From the human T2T-CHM13v2.0 reference genome, Homo sapiens, in contig CP086569.2 in the NCBI GenBank assembly GCA_009914755.4, forward strand, positions 21,632,001 through 21,696,000: DNA of 64,000 nt. Reading direction: 5' to 3'. Within the stretch, counting starts at the first letter, position 1. Every line of letters begins with the position of its first letter. Position numbers and translations under genes: made by a program. Shown here piece by piece: positions 1 through 15,561 of the stretch. The notes under the pieces were generated by a model that was given only the letters and a program-made list of their open reading frames with translations, had not been told where the DNA came from and made no database searches.

Positions 1-287
<287 letters not shown>

Positions 288-661
288 TGACCTCAACTTT
301 GAGCACTATTGTGGTCCATAATGTCGCTGAGAACCTGGGCTTGCCATCTTTTAGTAACTATTGAGAGCCTAATACATGCCAGGTGTTGTTATGTGGGCCC
401 ACCCTTAAGGATATGTCCGGGTACAAAATGGTTGGACAACAAAATCTATCCCTCTTTCTTGTTGAAGCTTACATCCTGCTGGGAGGAGAGGGAAGTTACA
501 GTATGTTCACAGGTGCTGAAGGCTGGGGGGAGAAAAAAGTAGGGCTGTTGGAAGGATCAATGGGGTTTTGAGCACTGCAGTTTTAAAGAGTGTGAAATAA
601 AGAAGCCTCTTACAGAAGAACAGAAAGACATAAGTGAGTGAACTATTGGACATGTTTGGGG

Positions 662-953
662 TTTTTTTTTTTTTTTTTTTTGAAACTGAGTCTTGGCTTG
701 TCACCAGGCTGGAGTGCTGTGGCATGATCTTAGCTCACTGCAACCTCTGCCTCCGGGTTCAAGCGATTCTCATGCCTCAGCCTCCCCAGTAGCTGGGATC
801 TTTTAGTCACCACGCCGATCTAAATTTTGTATTTTTAGTAGATACCAAGTTTCACCCTGTTGGCCAAGATGTTCTCAATTTCCTGACCTTCTGATCCACC
901 CGCTGGTGGCCACTCCCACAGTGCTGGGATTATAAGCATTAGCCATGGCGCCC
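662..953 (-). mobile_element. Alu (antisense), intron of RPS4Y2
   Basis: 20-nt poly-T then reverse-complement Alu body (gagtcttggcttgtcaccaggctggagtgc ... gggattataag). Confidence 0.85.
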
Positions 954-1941
954 CTCATATTTTCAAAAGAGCTGTTAGGCTGCTGTGTTGTGATTTATTC
1001 AAATTGTGTTATATCATGAACCCATTTCTTGAGGCTTGTGCTCTCAAGGATTAAAAATGCCAACAGCAACAACAAAACACCAGGATGTCAAGTCCTGGTG
1101 GTCTCTTTTGCTGTTTGAGCTCTCCACTTTAGAGGGCACTTCCTGAACCCAGACCTGAGGGGATTAATGAATGTGCTAAATTCCAGATAAGAAAGGGTTC
1201 AGTGACAGTGCACTGAGTCCCCATTAATAATAAAATGTATTTAATTTGAAGTTACCCTTTGTTTCAGAGGGTGGAGTAGCTGCTGTTTACATTGAGCCCA
1301 AGATACGGTTTTAACAGTAACGGCTACTGGGGTCCATGCAACACAGGCAAGAAATTGCGTGAGAAATGCAGGAGTCTCTTGAACTCAACCTTGAAGACCT
1401 GGCAGGATGAGGACAGTATGCCCAGAGGCAAAGGAGGCAAGCATCTGACAAGAGGCGGACTAGGCAGTTTCCACATTGGTGGTGTGGTAACAATGGGAGA
1501 GAGGGGTTGAAGCCATAAGAAAGTCTTGGGTCTTCTGAGACAGAAAGGGAGCCAGTGTGAAGAAGCAGACAGAAGCGAGGTGATTAAGATGCCAAAAGTT
1601 TTGTTGGGCAGGAATAAACATAGGGCATCTAAGAGAAAATAATGCAGCCCTGAGGGTCCACATCCACATAATAGGCACTTGGTAACTAACTTGATAGATT
1701 ACGTAGCCTTTTCTTGGGACTTAGAACTCTGAACACTGAGTAGCAGAAATTTGTCTTCCTTGTCTTGGCATTTTCGGAGAGAACATGGACTCTGTGTTGT
1801 TTGCAGAGCTGGATTTGCAAACTTTCCGTGTCAGTTTCTGCTTCCAAGTCTTATCTCTGCTACTGCCCCCTAGTGTCTGACCTCCCAGGTTGGGCCCCTG
1901 TTCCCTCTATTGTTAAGTGGATGAGCAAGGCACTCTCTCTC

Positions 1942-2246
1942 TTTTTTTTTTTTTTTTTTTTTTTTTTGAGACGGAGTTTCAGTCTTGTTTCCCAGGCTGG
2001 AATGCAATGGCACAATCATGGCTCACTGCAACATCCGCCTCCTGGATTCAAGTGATTCTGCTGCCTCGGCCTCCCAAGTAGCTGAGATCACAGGCATGTA
2101 CCACCAAGCCCAGCTGATTTTGTATTTTTAGTAAAGATGGGGTTTCTCCACATTGGTCAGGCTGGGTCAAACTCCTGACCTCAGGTGATCTGCTTACCTT
2201 GGCCTTTTAAAGTGCTGGGATTACAGGGGTGAGCCGCTGCACCTGG
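1942..2246 (-). mobile_element. Alu (antisense) with TSD caaggcactct
   Basis: 26-nt poly-T 1942-1967; body to gagccgctgcacctgg; flanking direct repeats caaggcactct at ~1926-1936 and ~2248-2258. Confidence 0.9.
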
Positions 2247-3066
2247 TCAAGGCACTCTTTTTAAGAAGACTTGCTGGGAACTTAGTCCTCAGTCTTCTGG
2301 GCTCCACTCTTTTCCCCATGGCGTCGATGGAAGTGTGTGGTTAATGATTGAGTCCATTTTAAGAGGGATAAAGCTAAATAGGCATCTGTAGAAGGAGCTT
2401 TAAGAACAGCCTTCATTAGAAAGGATTCCTGTGTGGCCTCAGCTTAAGAGATAATTGAGGAGTGGAGTTAAAGGCAATACAGCCCCAGAGCTTGAGACCT
2501 TTACAGGTACTGGTAGCAAATAGCCAAAGGATGGTATAACACTAAAACTGCAAAAGTATAGGTTATAGGATTTATTGGAGTGGGAATTTGATGACACTTA
2601 AGCTGGTGGCAAGCAGCCAAGAAAGGGAAGAGCACACAGTCTGTGTTAAGAGGTGGTCCAGCAATATCGGCAGGGCTTGTGTGGGACTTTGAGGCCTAGA
2701 ATGGTGAGAAAGTAGTAGAATATGTCTTCGTAGGTTGTGGGTAAAGCGTAACCTACACCTGAGATACATGGGATGTAGTATTGTATTGAAGGGAGGTTTG
2801 AAGAGGCAGTACCAGTGCTGGTGGTGCTTGGGGCAGGGCAAAATGGGGAGATGGTTGTGAGACTGGATTTGTGAAACAAAGGGGCACAAAAAGAGACTTC
2901 CATAGTTGGGGTTGTGACCTTCCTAACAAGACAGACCTCTCTAAATTGATGAAATAATTGCCCTCTTATATTCCTCTTCCCCAACTAGTTAAGTTCAGCT
3001 AATGCTGAACTAAGGCAAGTCATCTACTCAATCTGGTTATGTAAGGGGCGGATCTTGAGAGATTAG

Positions 3067-3309
<243 letters not shown>

Positions 3310-4506
3310 TGAGAGAAAAACAAGGTGTGAGGCTTACATGTTGCCAACGATAAGCAAAACCCAACACTGAACTTTGATTTCTACATGAGTTACTGCTGGT
3401 CATTTCAGAAGGAGAATGAGGGATAGGGAGAGCGTGGCAAGGCACAAGTGAAAAGCTGGAAAGGGGTTGGTAATGTAATGGGATGAGATCAGCAGTGGCT
3501 GCTAGCTGGTGGTTATCGAAGTTTGGTTCCTACCCTCCCAACAGAGACTGGGAGACAGAGAAGCTGTCCTCAGGTGTTGGCTGGAAAAAACAGTAAATTC
3601 TTTTGGTTAGTCTTGAGTTTGTCAGGCAGGCACTTTGAAGGGGTCTGGGCTCATCTTGAGTTTTTAGAAGCCATGTTAGTGGTTCAGATCTTCATAGCCA
3701 AGGCTGAAGCTCAGCCAAGAAGAGGGCTTAGAGGAGTCTGGCTAATGACTGGTCAAGGAGAGAGAATCTTTGTCAGTGAACAGGGTTTTGGCCCTGTCTT
3801 CCCACTTTCTCTGTTGATGACCTAACCATGCTGGATCTCCAAGGATGCATTTGCACCTTGGTGGGAGAGGAGAGTGGAGAAGGGAGAGAAGGGTCACACT
3901 CGTCTAGGGAAAAAGTGTCCTGAGAAGGATGGTAGGGAAAGGCACTGAGGAATTCTGACCTAGTGGTTTGTTCTCTCTTTCTTTCATGGCGACAGGCTCA
4001 ATACTTTTTTTTTTTTCTTCATTTTGTATTTTGCTTTCTTTCTTAAAACTCCAAGTCCCAAGCAAGGCAGGACTCCTGATAAGGGAAGTCAGAGTCGTGG
4101 CGGGGGGTGCCAAGCCATTGACCGGGCAACCTGCAGAGCCTTGAGCCTTGTCTGCTTAAATGTGAGGACTGCTTGTTCATTTGGTTTTCTGGTGTGTGTG
4201 GGTATGCTTATGTGTGTTTTCTCCTCAGCATCCTGAGTGCATTAACCCAGAACACAGTCTCAAGCAGCCGTTGCACAATAACATAGAAAGTGGTAGAGTA
4301 GCCATATATATAGACATTTCCTTTTGTTGGATGATATTTACTGGGACAGGACCGGGGTTGGTTGGTTTCATTCAAGCACCCCCATCAAGCGCTGGGGACC
4401 CCTACGCTGCTAAAATGTTCTCACATTCAGCTTGGCACAGAGAGCTCCAGCTGTGCAGGCCAAAGAAACTGCATTAATAATGTTCCTTATACTTGTTTGT
4501 GATCAG

Positions 4507-4604
4507 ATGTCATCAGCATTGAGAAAACAGGTGAGCATTTCCGCCTGGTCTATAATACCAAGGGCTGTTTTGCTGTTCATCGTATCACAGTGGAAGAGGC
4601 AAAG
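4507..4604 (+). CDS. RPS4Y2: RPS4Y2 coding exon ((D)[32 protein letters not shown])
   Basis: Acceptor gtgatcAG|AT at 4505-4506; donor AAAG|GTAAGT at 4605; 98 nt; frame continuous with previous exon (split Asp codon g|at). Confidence 0.9.
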
Positions 4605-4659
4605 GTAAGTGAGCTTTATAATTTCCAGACAGATAGGTCTGTTGCTAAGGTTCTCAGAC

Positions 4660-4761
4660 GGCATTTAAGCCATATTCTGGGAATAGTGCCTATCTCTGCC
4701 TGTTTGTCCGGGCATTTAAGCCATATTCTGGGAATAGTGCCTATCTCTGCCTATTTGTCTG
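4660..4761. repeat. 48-51 bp tandem duplication (2 copies) in RPS4Y2 intron
   Basis: ggcatttaagccatattctgggaatagtgcctatctctgcctgtttgtccg repeated twice with 3 mismatches. Confidence 0.9.
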
Positions 4762-5792
4762 GTTGTTCAATTCAGGCACGTAGGTCTACCAACACTGATA
4801 CAAGGCAGTGGATTTTCCAGACGAGGCTGTTTAGAAACAGCGTACAGAGTAAGCAGTTCTCTGAGGGACAAGATGTTTCTGTATAGGAAAAGTCTGGTAT
4901 TGGAACCAGGAAGGCCTGGGTAAGAATCCAGACCCTGTCATTGATTAATTATGTAACCGTAGGCAACAGTATGTAGAACCTTTTGTGAGCCTTCATTTTC
5001 TCTGTAAGTGGTGATAATATGCTTTCTTGCCAGGTTTCTGTGACTGTTAGCAGCAGTGGTGCCTCGCACTTGCTAGACATAGAAGATTGTTGACTTCCTG
5101 AAGTCTGCCTCAACCGTTAAACTCCCCCTTCTCCAAATTTAATGGCCAAAGTCAGTACCATCGGGGAAACTTTTCAAGGAAGTTCCTTTCCGTGTGGACA
5201 GCACCTGCCTTTTTTCTGTGTAGGGAACACCTCTTTGGAAACCAGGATCACCCCTCAGTCATCCATTCCTCTTTTCCCTGGATTTAAGGTCATGGGGTGA
5301 CTTCTTCCTTATTTCTCACATAACCCAATCACCTGTACAGTGACCAAATGCCACCTAAATATGAGACACATTCTATAGATGAATTTCAATGTTTTATCAG
5401 ACATTGTTTCCACTTTGTTTAATCAGCTTGCCTTTTTCTCAGTTATTTCTTTGGGGGAAACACATTGGAGTCCCTATAGGAATTCACAAATACTTTCATA
5501 TCTGGGTAGTTTCTTAATTGATCAGTTGTTGGTTGTTTTTAACTTCTTTGGTAGTGTCCCTTGATGCAGTGTCCCTTCTGTTTTTGTGGATTGTTCCCAC
5601 AATGAGGTGCTTTGTTTTAGGTGGTAGGAACTAGGTCTAGTGTCCTGGAGAGTGTTCAGTTGCCCAGGGTGTTGGATCCTGTTGTGTCTAAAAGCTAGAA
5701 AGCACAGGGAAATCTCAAATCTGATGACTGGTTTCTGCTTTTGTAAGGAATTTGGATCTCAAGAGACAATGCAGATTGGTAGTCCCTGTGAA

Positions 5793-6082
5793 TTTTTTTT
5801 TTTTTTTGACTGAGTCTCACTCTGTCGCCCAGACTGGAGTGCAGTGGTGCCATCTCGGCTCGCTGCAACCTCCGCCTCCTGGGTTCATACTAATCTGCCT
5901 CGGCATCCCAAGTAGCTGGGACTACAGGCATGTGCCACCCCTCCCGGCTAATTTTTATATTTTTAGTAGACATGGGGTTTCACCATATTGGCCAGGCTGG
6001 TTTTGAACTCCTGACCTCGTAATCCACCTGCCTGGGCCTTCCAAAGTGCTGGGATTACAGGCATAAACCACCACACGCAGCC
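5793..6082 (-). mobile_element. Alu (antisense) with TSD ctgtgaattttt
   Basis: poly-T 5793-5807, Alu body, flanks ctgtgaa.../...gctgtgaattttt. Confidence 0.85.
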
Positions 6083-9000
6083 GTTGCTGTGAATTTTTAA
6101 ATGGGGAGAGATGGAGTAGGAGAAGGAGATACTGGAGAGTTGTTAATACCTAGTACTGGTTCTACTACATTGGCCAGTCACCATGTGAAAAGCTTGTGTC
6201 CAGGTGAGTATCACATCGTAGCCACAGGTGCCAAATGCCTATTCTGGGTTTGGGTTAGAGTAAGGACCTTATCTTTGTGCAAGAGATAAGAGATTTGGGG
6301 AAGTTTTGGTTGAGCTTATTTGTTGGCTGGTTGTTTCTTTCGATAGCTAGAAAGGTAGCATTCCCTGTCACACCCCAGCCAGCATGTCTAGAGCCACAGG
6401 TTGAAGGGCACAGTGACTTCAGAGTGGAGAGTGGTGGGCTCCTTGGATTTCAGTGTATCAGGGACACACCACGGAGCCTTTTTATGCAGATTACTAGTCC
6501 ACCAGGTAGCACAGGTTAGTGGAGAGACAGAACATCCAAACGGCCCTCCACCCTTGAAATTAAAACTAGAAAAGGGATATTTTATGGGTCTTGAGAAAAC
6601 AGCCTTATAGATTTCAGACATAATTTTTCCCTTTAACAACTTGGTATTAGTTGAGGACCACAGAAATGGGAGTCATTAGATTTAAGGATGGGAGATGAGG
6701 TTTTTGTTTTGTTGTTGTTGTTGTTTTGTGATTGCCACTACAGTGGATGGGAGAAAAGGAAAGATTTTGGGTGAGCCCGTGATGAGCCTGCACATGAGTA
6801 ATGGGAACTGAGGCAGTACCTGTTCCCATTGCAAGTTGGGGTAGAGGACACAAGTATCACCTGGGAGATGGCAAAGGAGACAAAGGGTTTAGTGTATGCA
6901 TCCCCTGCTGTGGTAGAGGGGAAGAAGATGTGGGACAGGGTGACTGAGTATTTGGTGGTAGGGTAAGGAGATGGTAGCTGCAGATCTTCATGAAATACAT
7001 GGATGCTTGAGAGAGTTGTGGAAGGACAGTACATTAATGCTTTGGGTTCAGCTTGCGTTGGAACTTTCAAGTAGATGATAGAAGGAAGTAGATGCTGACT
7101 GAAATAGAGGACTGAAACACTGCTCAGATGAGTTACAATAGAGGCTGAATAGTTGGCACAGAATCCTCATTGACTTTGGGCAGCTTGTATTCAATGATGG
7201 ATGTGCATGGGGAGAGAGAGATTTCATAATGCAGAGGGTTTATGAACAGGATCTAGGTGGTGCAGGTTCTGTTTCCTGAAAAGTAGAAAACACTGGTTAA
7301 AGAAATCAGAAAGAGGAAGTCAGAGAGTAACCAACCGGAGATGTGTTTGTGGATTGTCATTCTTGAAAATTGAGAAGACTGAACCTCATAAAGGTGGCAG
7401 TTATACCCAAAGTAGAAGATAGATGGTGGTAAATAGAGGTAACTTTGTTAAGAGGGAGTTTCTTTTAAGATAAGAGGCGATGTTTCCCCCTTTTTTTTTT
7501 TTTACACAATTGGAGTCTGGTGCAAAAGGAGGTAGTGGTCAAGACCATGAATGTGGAGACTAGTGCTTTTGTGGTGGGCAAGGAAAAAGACTGGCGGACA
7601 GGATAGGCAGTTGAAGTTTCAGAAAAGATGGAACCTGGGCAATTGCATTTGTTTGTTTCTAAGGGAGGCCAGGTAGGGAAGGATTTCAGACTGGTTTGTG
7701 TGGGTGTTATTCAAAGGGCAGTGGAAACTTGAAGCGAACAGTTCTTTAATCTGCAGTTCGAGAGGGACAGGGTAGAATGCTTTCAGTGGAGCCTCACATT
7801 TGACATTCACTTTGGAGAATGACCAGGGGCCTCACCTTGCAGTCCAGGTTGTATGGAAAGGGTGTTGATGGGGTAGGCATGTTGTAATAGGTGGTGATGT
7901 GATTACAAATCATTGCTCGTCAAGATTGCTGAGCAGACAGGCAGCAGAGTTGAGGTTTTCTTTTGGTAGGGTGCTGTACGACAGCTACAAATAGTCTTTT
8001 TCTCCAAATTTCTTTTAAAAACAATAATTAAATTTAAAAAATTGAGTAGTTTTTTAGATTCAAGTAGTTTTTGGGTTACACAGTGGTGAATTTTGAGATA
8101 TTAGTGCGCCTGTCACCCTAGTAGTGTGTGACTGTACGTAACCTAATGTACAGTTATTTTTATTCCTGGCCCCCTCCCAAGTCTCTGAAGCCCATTATAT
8201 CATTTGTATGCTTTTGCATACTCATAGCGTAGCTCCCACTTACAATCGAGAACCTAAGAGTTTTGATTTTTTCCACTCCTGTGTTAGTTCACTTAGAATA
8301 ATGGCTTCCAGCTCCATTCAAATTGCTGCAAAAGATGTTTCGTTCATTGTTGGGTGGGGTCAGAAGATGATGGGGGAGTCACATCTTTAAAATCTGAAGG
8401 CAGTCTTTTCAGTTGTGGGGCAAAGGAAAAGTGATTGGTTTTTTGCAGATGGTTGAGGCTACCCCTCTGGTACAAGGTTTACTCAGCTGGAAGTTCCCCT
8501 CATGAAATGTCCAGCCATACCCTTAGTGAAGCTCTAGTTTCCTGGCAGGATGGGCCTCTACTAAGCAAGACGACCCCAGATCTGAATCCTGAGCTGTCTT
8601 GGCCACATGAAGGTTTGGTGCTTAGGTAATAAAGTTGTTTGAGGTGAATATGAGGAAAGCCTGCCATGGTGTTGTCTTTTGCAGGAGCACTTCTCTTAAT
8701 AAAAGTGTTTAGAAGTTTTTAGCCTGTCTTAGTCCTGGTCTTAAAAGTACTGCAAACTCGGTCAGTCAGCTCTGTATAAAGGTTAGACAGAATTGTTACC
8801 TGTTAATGTACTAGCATGCTTACAGGCATTTTACTCAGTTATGGATAGTTACTGAGTGTCATCTGTGTTTCAGTCAAGTTACCTGTGGATGCTTCAAGGA
8901 CTGACATGCATCATGAAGCTTGGGTTAATGGTTCCAGAGTGAACCTCAGAGGATGGAGGGAGGCCACTTGGAACTGGTAGCACCTTTAAAGGGAGAGGCC

Positions 9001-12000
9001 ATGCCTTTTTCAGAGGGTGTTTCATGCCTGCGTTTAAAGACAAAGGACCTTTGGGCCCAAGGTGTCAAGTTTGATGCCATGATGATGCTATTGCTGTCAT
9101 GAAGAAATAGTTTGGTTAGTGAGAGGATCTGTGGAAGATACAGGAGAAGAGTATTTTTACTTGTTTTGTTTTTGCTGTCTGTCTCCTGACCGTCAGCAGT
9201 ACCTGTTAACTACTGTGACTCCTTTAGCCCTGTTCTCAGAGTATACTACACAGGATGTATGTGAAAAGTGGAGGGCAGCAGGTAGGCTTTGAAGTGTGAA
9301 TAGGCCTTCTATGTGTTCACAGCTATAGAACTTGCTTGGACCTGGGTTACCTGGGATATTTGGAGCTAATGAGCCAGGGTGGAAAGGGGACAGAATTAGC
9401 TTTCGCTGGAAACATTTTAGAATCCCCGAGTAGGTTCAGGATGTCACATGCAAAAAATGTGCAGGACAGTTGGCTGACATGAATGCATTCAGCAGGCCAT
9501 GATGCAAAGACTTGCCTCATGAAGTTGGAGGGGCAGATTTTATTCTGAATAGGGAACAGTGATTATAATAGCGATATTGGTAATAGGGATCTTGGTAACT
9601 GTGTGTAGAGCCATTTGAGAGCTAGAGCATGGCATTTCAGAGTTCTTTTCTCATGTTATCAAGGACAGGATTTCTTAAATCTAGCAGGGAGTAGAGCTGG
9701 AGAGATTGAGAATGTCCACTAGTAGCCCTAGGTTTTGTAATACTGCTTTAGTAAGTGGTCACTGGAATTGCACTGTGAAAGATAAGGATTTCAAAGGCAG
9801 GAGAAAGGAGGAAGGGTACTGAAGATGGGATAGTAACTTTTAAAGGCAAATTGCAAGTTTCCCTTCTCCTAAATGGGGATGGAAGAGTGAAGTCAACAGA
9901 CAGGCTGTTTTCAAGTCTGGCCTCACTGGTGGCAGAGTATAGGCTCTGGAGTAGTGTTCTCTTTCTTATGATTTGGTCCCAAGGCCTTAGGAAGTATAAG
10001 AGGAAAACATGTTTTCTCTGCCTGCTTAGTCCTCAGCAGCTCTAGGACCTTATTTACTCGAGGCTTGAACAAGCCTGGATTCTTGGCCAATGCTCTGGTG
10101 CTTATGGACTGTAGCTTGGTAGTTTTCCACTTAGGAGTAGAAGGCAAAGAGAACAATGAGCTTCGATAATCATATTGTACCCCATCCACATGTATTCACC
10201 CGAAGCTGGCAGGTTAGTAACCCTCTGTGCCCTTAGTATGCCATTTATTGTCTGAGGCGATTCTGCTTGGCTGCTCAGTGAATCTCAAATTCAAATTAGG
10301 GATCAGGGAGCTAGGCAGTCTTCATTTCTGTGCTTAACTCCCTGGCCAAGAAAGCTGAAAATGATCTTGGGTTTGTATTTGTAGTGGTGGTAAATGTGAG
10401 CTGGTGTTGGTAAACAAACTGACCACTTACTGAAGAGAGTGCCTGGGGGGGTTGTGTCAACTGTGAACTTTTGAGGTAGAGAGAAGAGAGTGCACTCATT
10501 AGATTGACTGCCTAGGAGCCAGGCCTTAACATGGATAAGTGGGCTTGGATATGCCTGGCTGGTGAATTCCAGATTTACCTTAACTAATAGAGTTAATATG
10601 GCCTAAGTTCCACATGTGGAGTGTCGTCACTGTCTTGGACTGCTGGGTTATATTAAATGGCCTCACATCTCCATAGCGCCTTGAATAGTGTTGGATCAGT
10701 AGTAGCAGCAGAAATAATATTAGCTGGCGTTAACTGCTTTGCTAGGTCCTTTATGTTCCTTCATCTTATAAATGTATTACATCTAGGACTGTGCAGTTAT
10801 TACTCCCATCTTATCCTCTGAAGCTTAAGGGGACAGTATTTGAACTTGGGGACTTTTTATAGGAGTGGAGCCCAAGATCTGGCTACTTTTCTCACCATGT
10901 TTCTTTCCACACCTCCTAGGCAGGTCAAAAGCAATGACAGAGACAAGCTGGCAACTCTAGTCAGTCCTGAGAGCCCAAAGATGAGGGAGAGAGTGCAACA
11001 TCTGTAGAGGAAATGCAGGAGCTGATTTAGAAAAAAAAAAAAAAGTATTGGCTCTTGGAGTTCATTTATTGTGCCCTTCTTGGAGGTTTTCTCTCATCTT
11101 TTCTTGGGGGGTTTTCTGTTACCTGGCACTCTACGTTTGTCCTTGTCATTTTCACATTTACCCAAAACTTGCCCTGAGAAGCTTTTTCTCCCAGCAAAGC
11201 TAAAAGAAAACCCATTTTGTTACTTCTGAGCAGTGACACTCTGTGGGGAGCCCGTGGTACATAGGATGGGCAGTAACAACCACAAATGGGTTATGTTCAT
11301 TTGAGATTACGAAGTATACCATTTGAAGCCCCTGAAAATTGTTTCTGGAACATAATGGGGCTTGGCTAACTGTTGGGATGATACACGTACTTGGTATGAG
11401 ACATTTTGAACAGCTTCTGCTGTTAGATGTCATTTGAACAGCACCAGAGCTCAAGGAGCTAAGGCAAGTAGATAATGGGATGTGACCCTTAAAAATCAGG
11501 TGAGGAAGAGCAGCATTGTGTATGGAAGGTATCTAGCTGCCTGGAAAAGCTGTTTTTACCTAACCTGGTCATCAAAGCGTCATGTTTTTAGCAGTGGTAG
11601 AGTTAAGTTTGTTGCTAGGGCACCATGTAGCCACCTTTCCAGAGTTGCAAGATGAGAGTTCTCTCGGGAAAAACATCCCTGAGGAGAAAGTGATAGACCA
11701 GTCGGTTGAGTCTGTGTTACCACTCAGATGTACAGGCAACAAGCTTAGCCTGTGATAAAGGACCGGAAGTTAGTTCAGCTGAGTACTCCTCCAGGAGCCA
11801 CCAGAGGGTTCTGAAACAGATTCCCCCTTGGGGAGGTTTCCCAGATGTCTCAATTACTAAATCAGTATGGCAGACCATCAGCTCTGTGACTGGTTAATAT
11901 AGTTTTTCCAAGAGCACTCCCTCTGACTAAGGAAATGTTGAAAATTGGTGGGATTAATAATGACTGGGTGACTGCTTTGGGCTGAGTTTGTGTTTACATG

Positions 12001-12027
12001 CTAAATTGGTTTTCCTTATGTGTATAG

Positions 12028-12387
<360 letters not shown>

Positions 12388-15253
12388 TGATGCTGAATAG
12401 TGGTGTGACGTCCCTTTGGGCTACATCCAACAGCCTGGCCTTTTTCAAGAATGTAAACCATAGCTGTGTAAACTCGGTGTCCATTTGGTTTGTCATGAGA
12501 GGGGAACTTTGTTTTAAATGTGTAAATTTTATGTGTATTCCTTGAGTTGAAGGGCTGAAGTTGTCCAGATAACCTCAAACTAGTGATGAGGAAAAGATGT
12601 GTCTGCAGATTTGTTTCTCCTCCCTACACCCCAGGCTCTGACTCCTGACAGCTTTACACCCAAGTGCTTGCTAGCATCTGATGTGCTAATGAAGTGAAAT
12701 ATTTTGCCCAGTGTGTTTAACAGAAATTTCTAGAAATGCAGAAACACTGAAAAAATAGGATAGGCACAACAAACAATGACAACTCCTTTTTCTGCCTATC
12801 TTTGATGACTTTGCACTTCGTTCTGTTGCTTAAGTGCATCCCCACAATCCCCACTTGGACCCTGATTTAAGACCCAGCCAAAGTCGTCAGTTGCCTTGCT
12901 GTTTAAAGACCCCAAGCTGGCTGTCTTGAATTCAGTACTCCACACGCTGAAGCTGTCTGATTGTTGTCTGACCTCTATGACCTTGTGCCTGTGCTGCCTG
13001 AACTCCTGGTATTTACTGTTGAACTGGAAATGTTAGGCAAGAATGTTTGGCTGTGAAAGTTGAGAGGCCTTCCCATTAGGGGAAAACATTGAGAGAGGGG
13101 ATATTAAACTGGATGTTTCATGCTTACGATGTCTAAACCTGTTGATTTCAGTGTGACCACAAAAGAGATAACTAGACATCATGCATCTCCCAGTAGTGGC
13201 AGTGCACAGTACCATTCAGGAAGTATTCTTGTCAAAGAATCAATACAAACTTGGATAAAGGGAGAAAAGAAAGCATGTATATATTGGAAGAAGCTTAAGA
13301 CATCTAGCAGTCATCTGCAGAGTGACTTAGCTTTTTGAGAGGCTTGCCAAAATACTTCAAGTTCAAATGATTTGATACTGGCCATTTGTTTCTAAGTGAT
13401 CCAATGCAGGACTACATGGATAAAGATGAATCAATGCTGGCCATGAGTTTTCAAATGTTTTGAAACTGGAGAGTGGATAGGTAGGAGCGTATTATGCTTG
13501 TCTGTCAACTTTTGCATACCTTTGAGAATAATTTTTAAAACGGACATGGACTTCCTATCTCCAATTAAATGGAATATTTGCCATTTGTTTATTAAATGAA
13601 TTTCCCTGTTAAAATTCAACAGATTATTCTCCCCCACCTAACTCTATTTGAAATATATAGATCTTTGTTTTACATGAAATGCTTGGTTTGCTTGTTTATT
13701 ACTTGCTTATTAAGTTTAATCCTGGGAGTTTACATAAAATAATTTCACAGAGCCAATATTTCTGGTAAGAAGAAACCAACTGAATAAGGGCAAAGGTTTC
13801 TTTATAGTTCTTGGTTTGTTTGGTTTAAAATGCCTAAGTAATTTTTAATTATGTTTAAAAAAAAAGATACATCATGAATTACCATCTTAATTATTTTTAA
13901 CGGTATGGATCATTAGTGTTAACTATATTTACATTGTTGTGTGGCAGATCTCCAGAATGCCTACATCTTGTAAAACTGAAACTCTGCCCATTAAACAACT
14001 CTGCCACTTCCTCCTCCCCATAGCCCCCAACAACCACCGTCCCACTCTTTGCTTCTGTGAATTTGACTCCTTTGGGTTTGTCTTAATAAGTGGAAATCAT
14101 AGTGATTGTCTTTGTTTGACTAGTTTACTTTGCAGTGTCCTCAAGGTTCATCATCCATGTTCTGGCATGTGACAGTATTTCCTTCCTCTTTCTGAGGCAG
14201 AATAATACTAAATTGTGTGTACACCACATTTTGTTTATCTGTTCTTCTGGATGGGCATTTCGGTTGCCACCACCTCTTGACTATTGTGAGTAATGTTGCT
14301 GCGGACACAGCTGTGCAGATAACTCTCCCAGATCCTGTTGGATGTTTTTATGTATATACTCAGAAGTGGGATTGCTGGATCATATGTGATAATTTTACAA
14401 TTTTTGAGTAATTTTTGTGCTGCTTTTCATAGCAGCCCCACTGTTTTACATTCTCCCCAACAGTGCAGAAGAGTTTCAGTTTCTCCACATTCCTGCCCAT
14501 ACTTTGCTTTTGTTTGCTTTTTATATTTTTTTCTTTTTTCTTTCTTGACAACCCTGATAGGCATGAGGTCATATCTCTTTAGTTTTTGTTGTTGTTCTTT
14601 TAAATTTGGGTTTCTGTGATAAGTAGAGATATTGAGCATCTTTTTGTGTGCTTGTATGTCTTTAGAGAAAGGTCTCATTCGAGCCCTTTGCCCAGTATTT
14701 AGTCAGGTTGTTTCTTGGTATTATTGCATTATAGGAGTTCTTTAGATATTATCAGATGTAAGATTTGCGGATATTTTCTCTCATTCGTTTGGTTGCCTTT
14801 TCACCCTTACTGATTGTTTCCTTTGATTGGCAGGCAATTTTGAATTTGTGTATTTTTGCTTTTGGTGTCATATCCAAGAAATCATGTCCCTAATATCATG
14901 AAGCTTGTGGTCCTCTGTTTTTGGCTGTGGTGCTTTATAGTTTGAGGCCTTACGTTGAATCCATTTAGAATTGATTTTTTGTATGGTGTAAGGTAAAGTC
15001 TTCCCCATGTTGTTCTTTTACATGGGGACCTAGTTTCACCAACACCATTTGTTGAAGCAACTGTCCTTTCTCCATTGAGAGTTCTGGGCACCCTTGTTGA
15101 AGATCATTTGGCCATATACCCTTAGGTTTATTTCTGGGCTCTATTTTCTTCCTTTTGTTGTTTGTCTTTTATGCTAATAAAAGACTGTTGGATTGCTGTC
15201 ATTTTCATTTTGTATTGTGTGTCAAATCAGAATGTGTGAGTTACCTAACTTTG

Positions 15254-15282
15254 TGCCTGCCTGCCTGCCTACCTGCCTGCCT
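15254..15282. repeat. (TGCC)n microsatellite at the tail position of an antisense Alu
   Basis: tgcctgcctgcctgcctacctgcctgcc directly abutting Alu body at 15283. Confidence 0.8.
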
Positions 15283-15561
15283 TCTCACTCTGTGTCATCC
15301 AGGCTGGAGTGCAGTTGTTCGATCACTACTTACTGCAGCCTCAACTTCCCTAGGCTTAGATAATTCTCCTGCCTCAGTGTCCTGAGTAGCTAGGACCACA
15401 GGCACATGCCCTGCCACACCTGGCTAATTTTTGTATTGTTGTCATAGAAATGGGGTTTTGCCATGTTGTTTACATTGGTCTTGAACTCCTGGGCTCAGGT
15501 GATCAACCTGCTTCTGTCTCCCAAAGTGCTGTGATTACAGGCGGGAGTTACCACACCCAGC
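15283..15561 (-). mobile_element. Alu (antisense) inserted in old L1
   Basis: ctcactctgtgtcatccaggctggagtgcag ... gattacaggcgggagttaccacacccagcc. Confidence 0.85.
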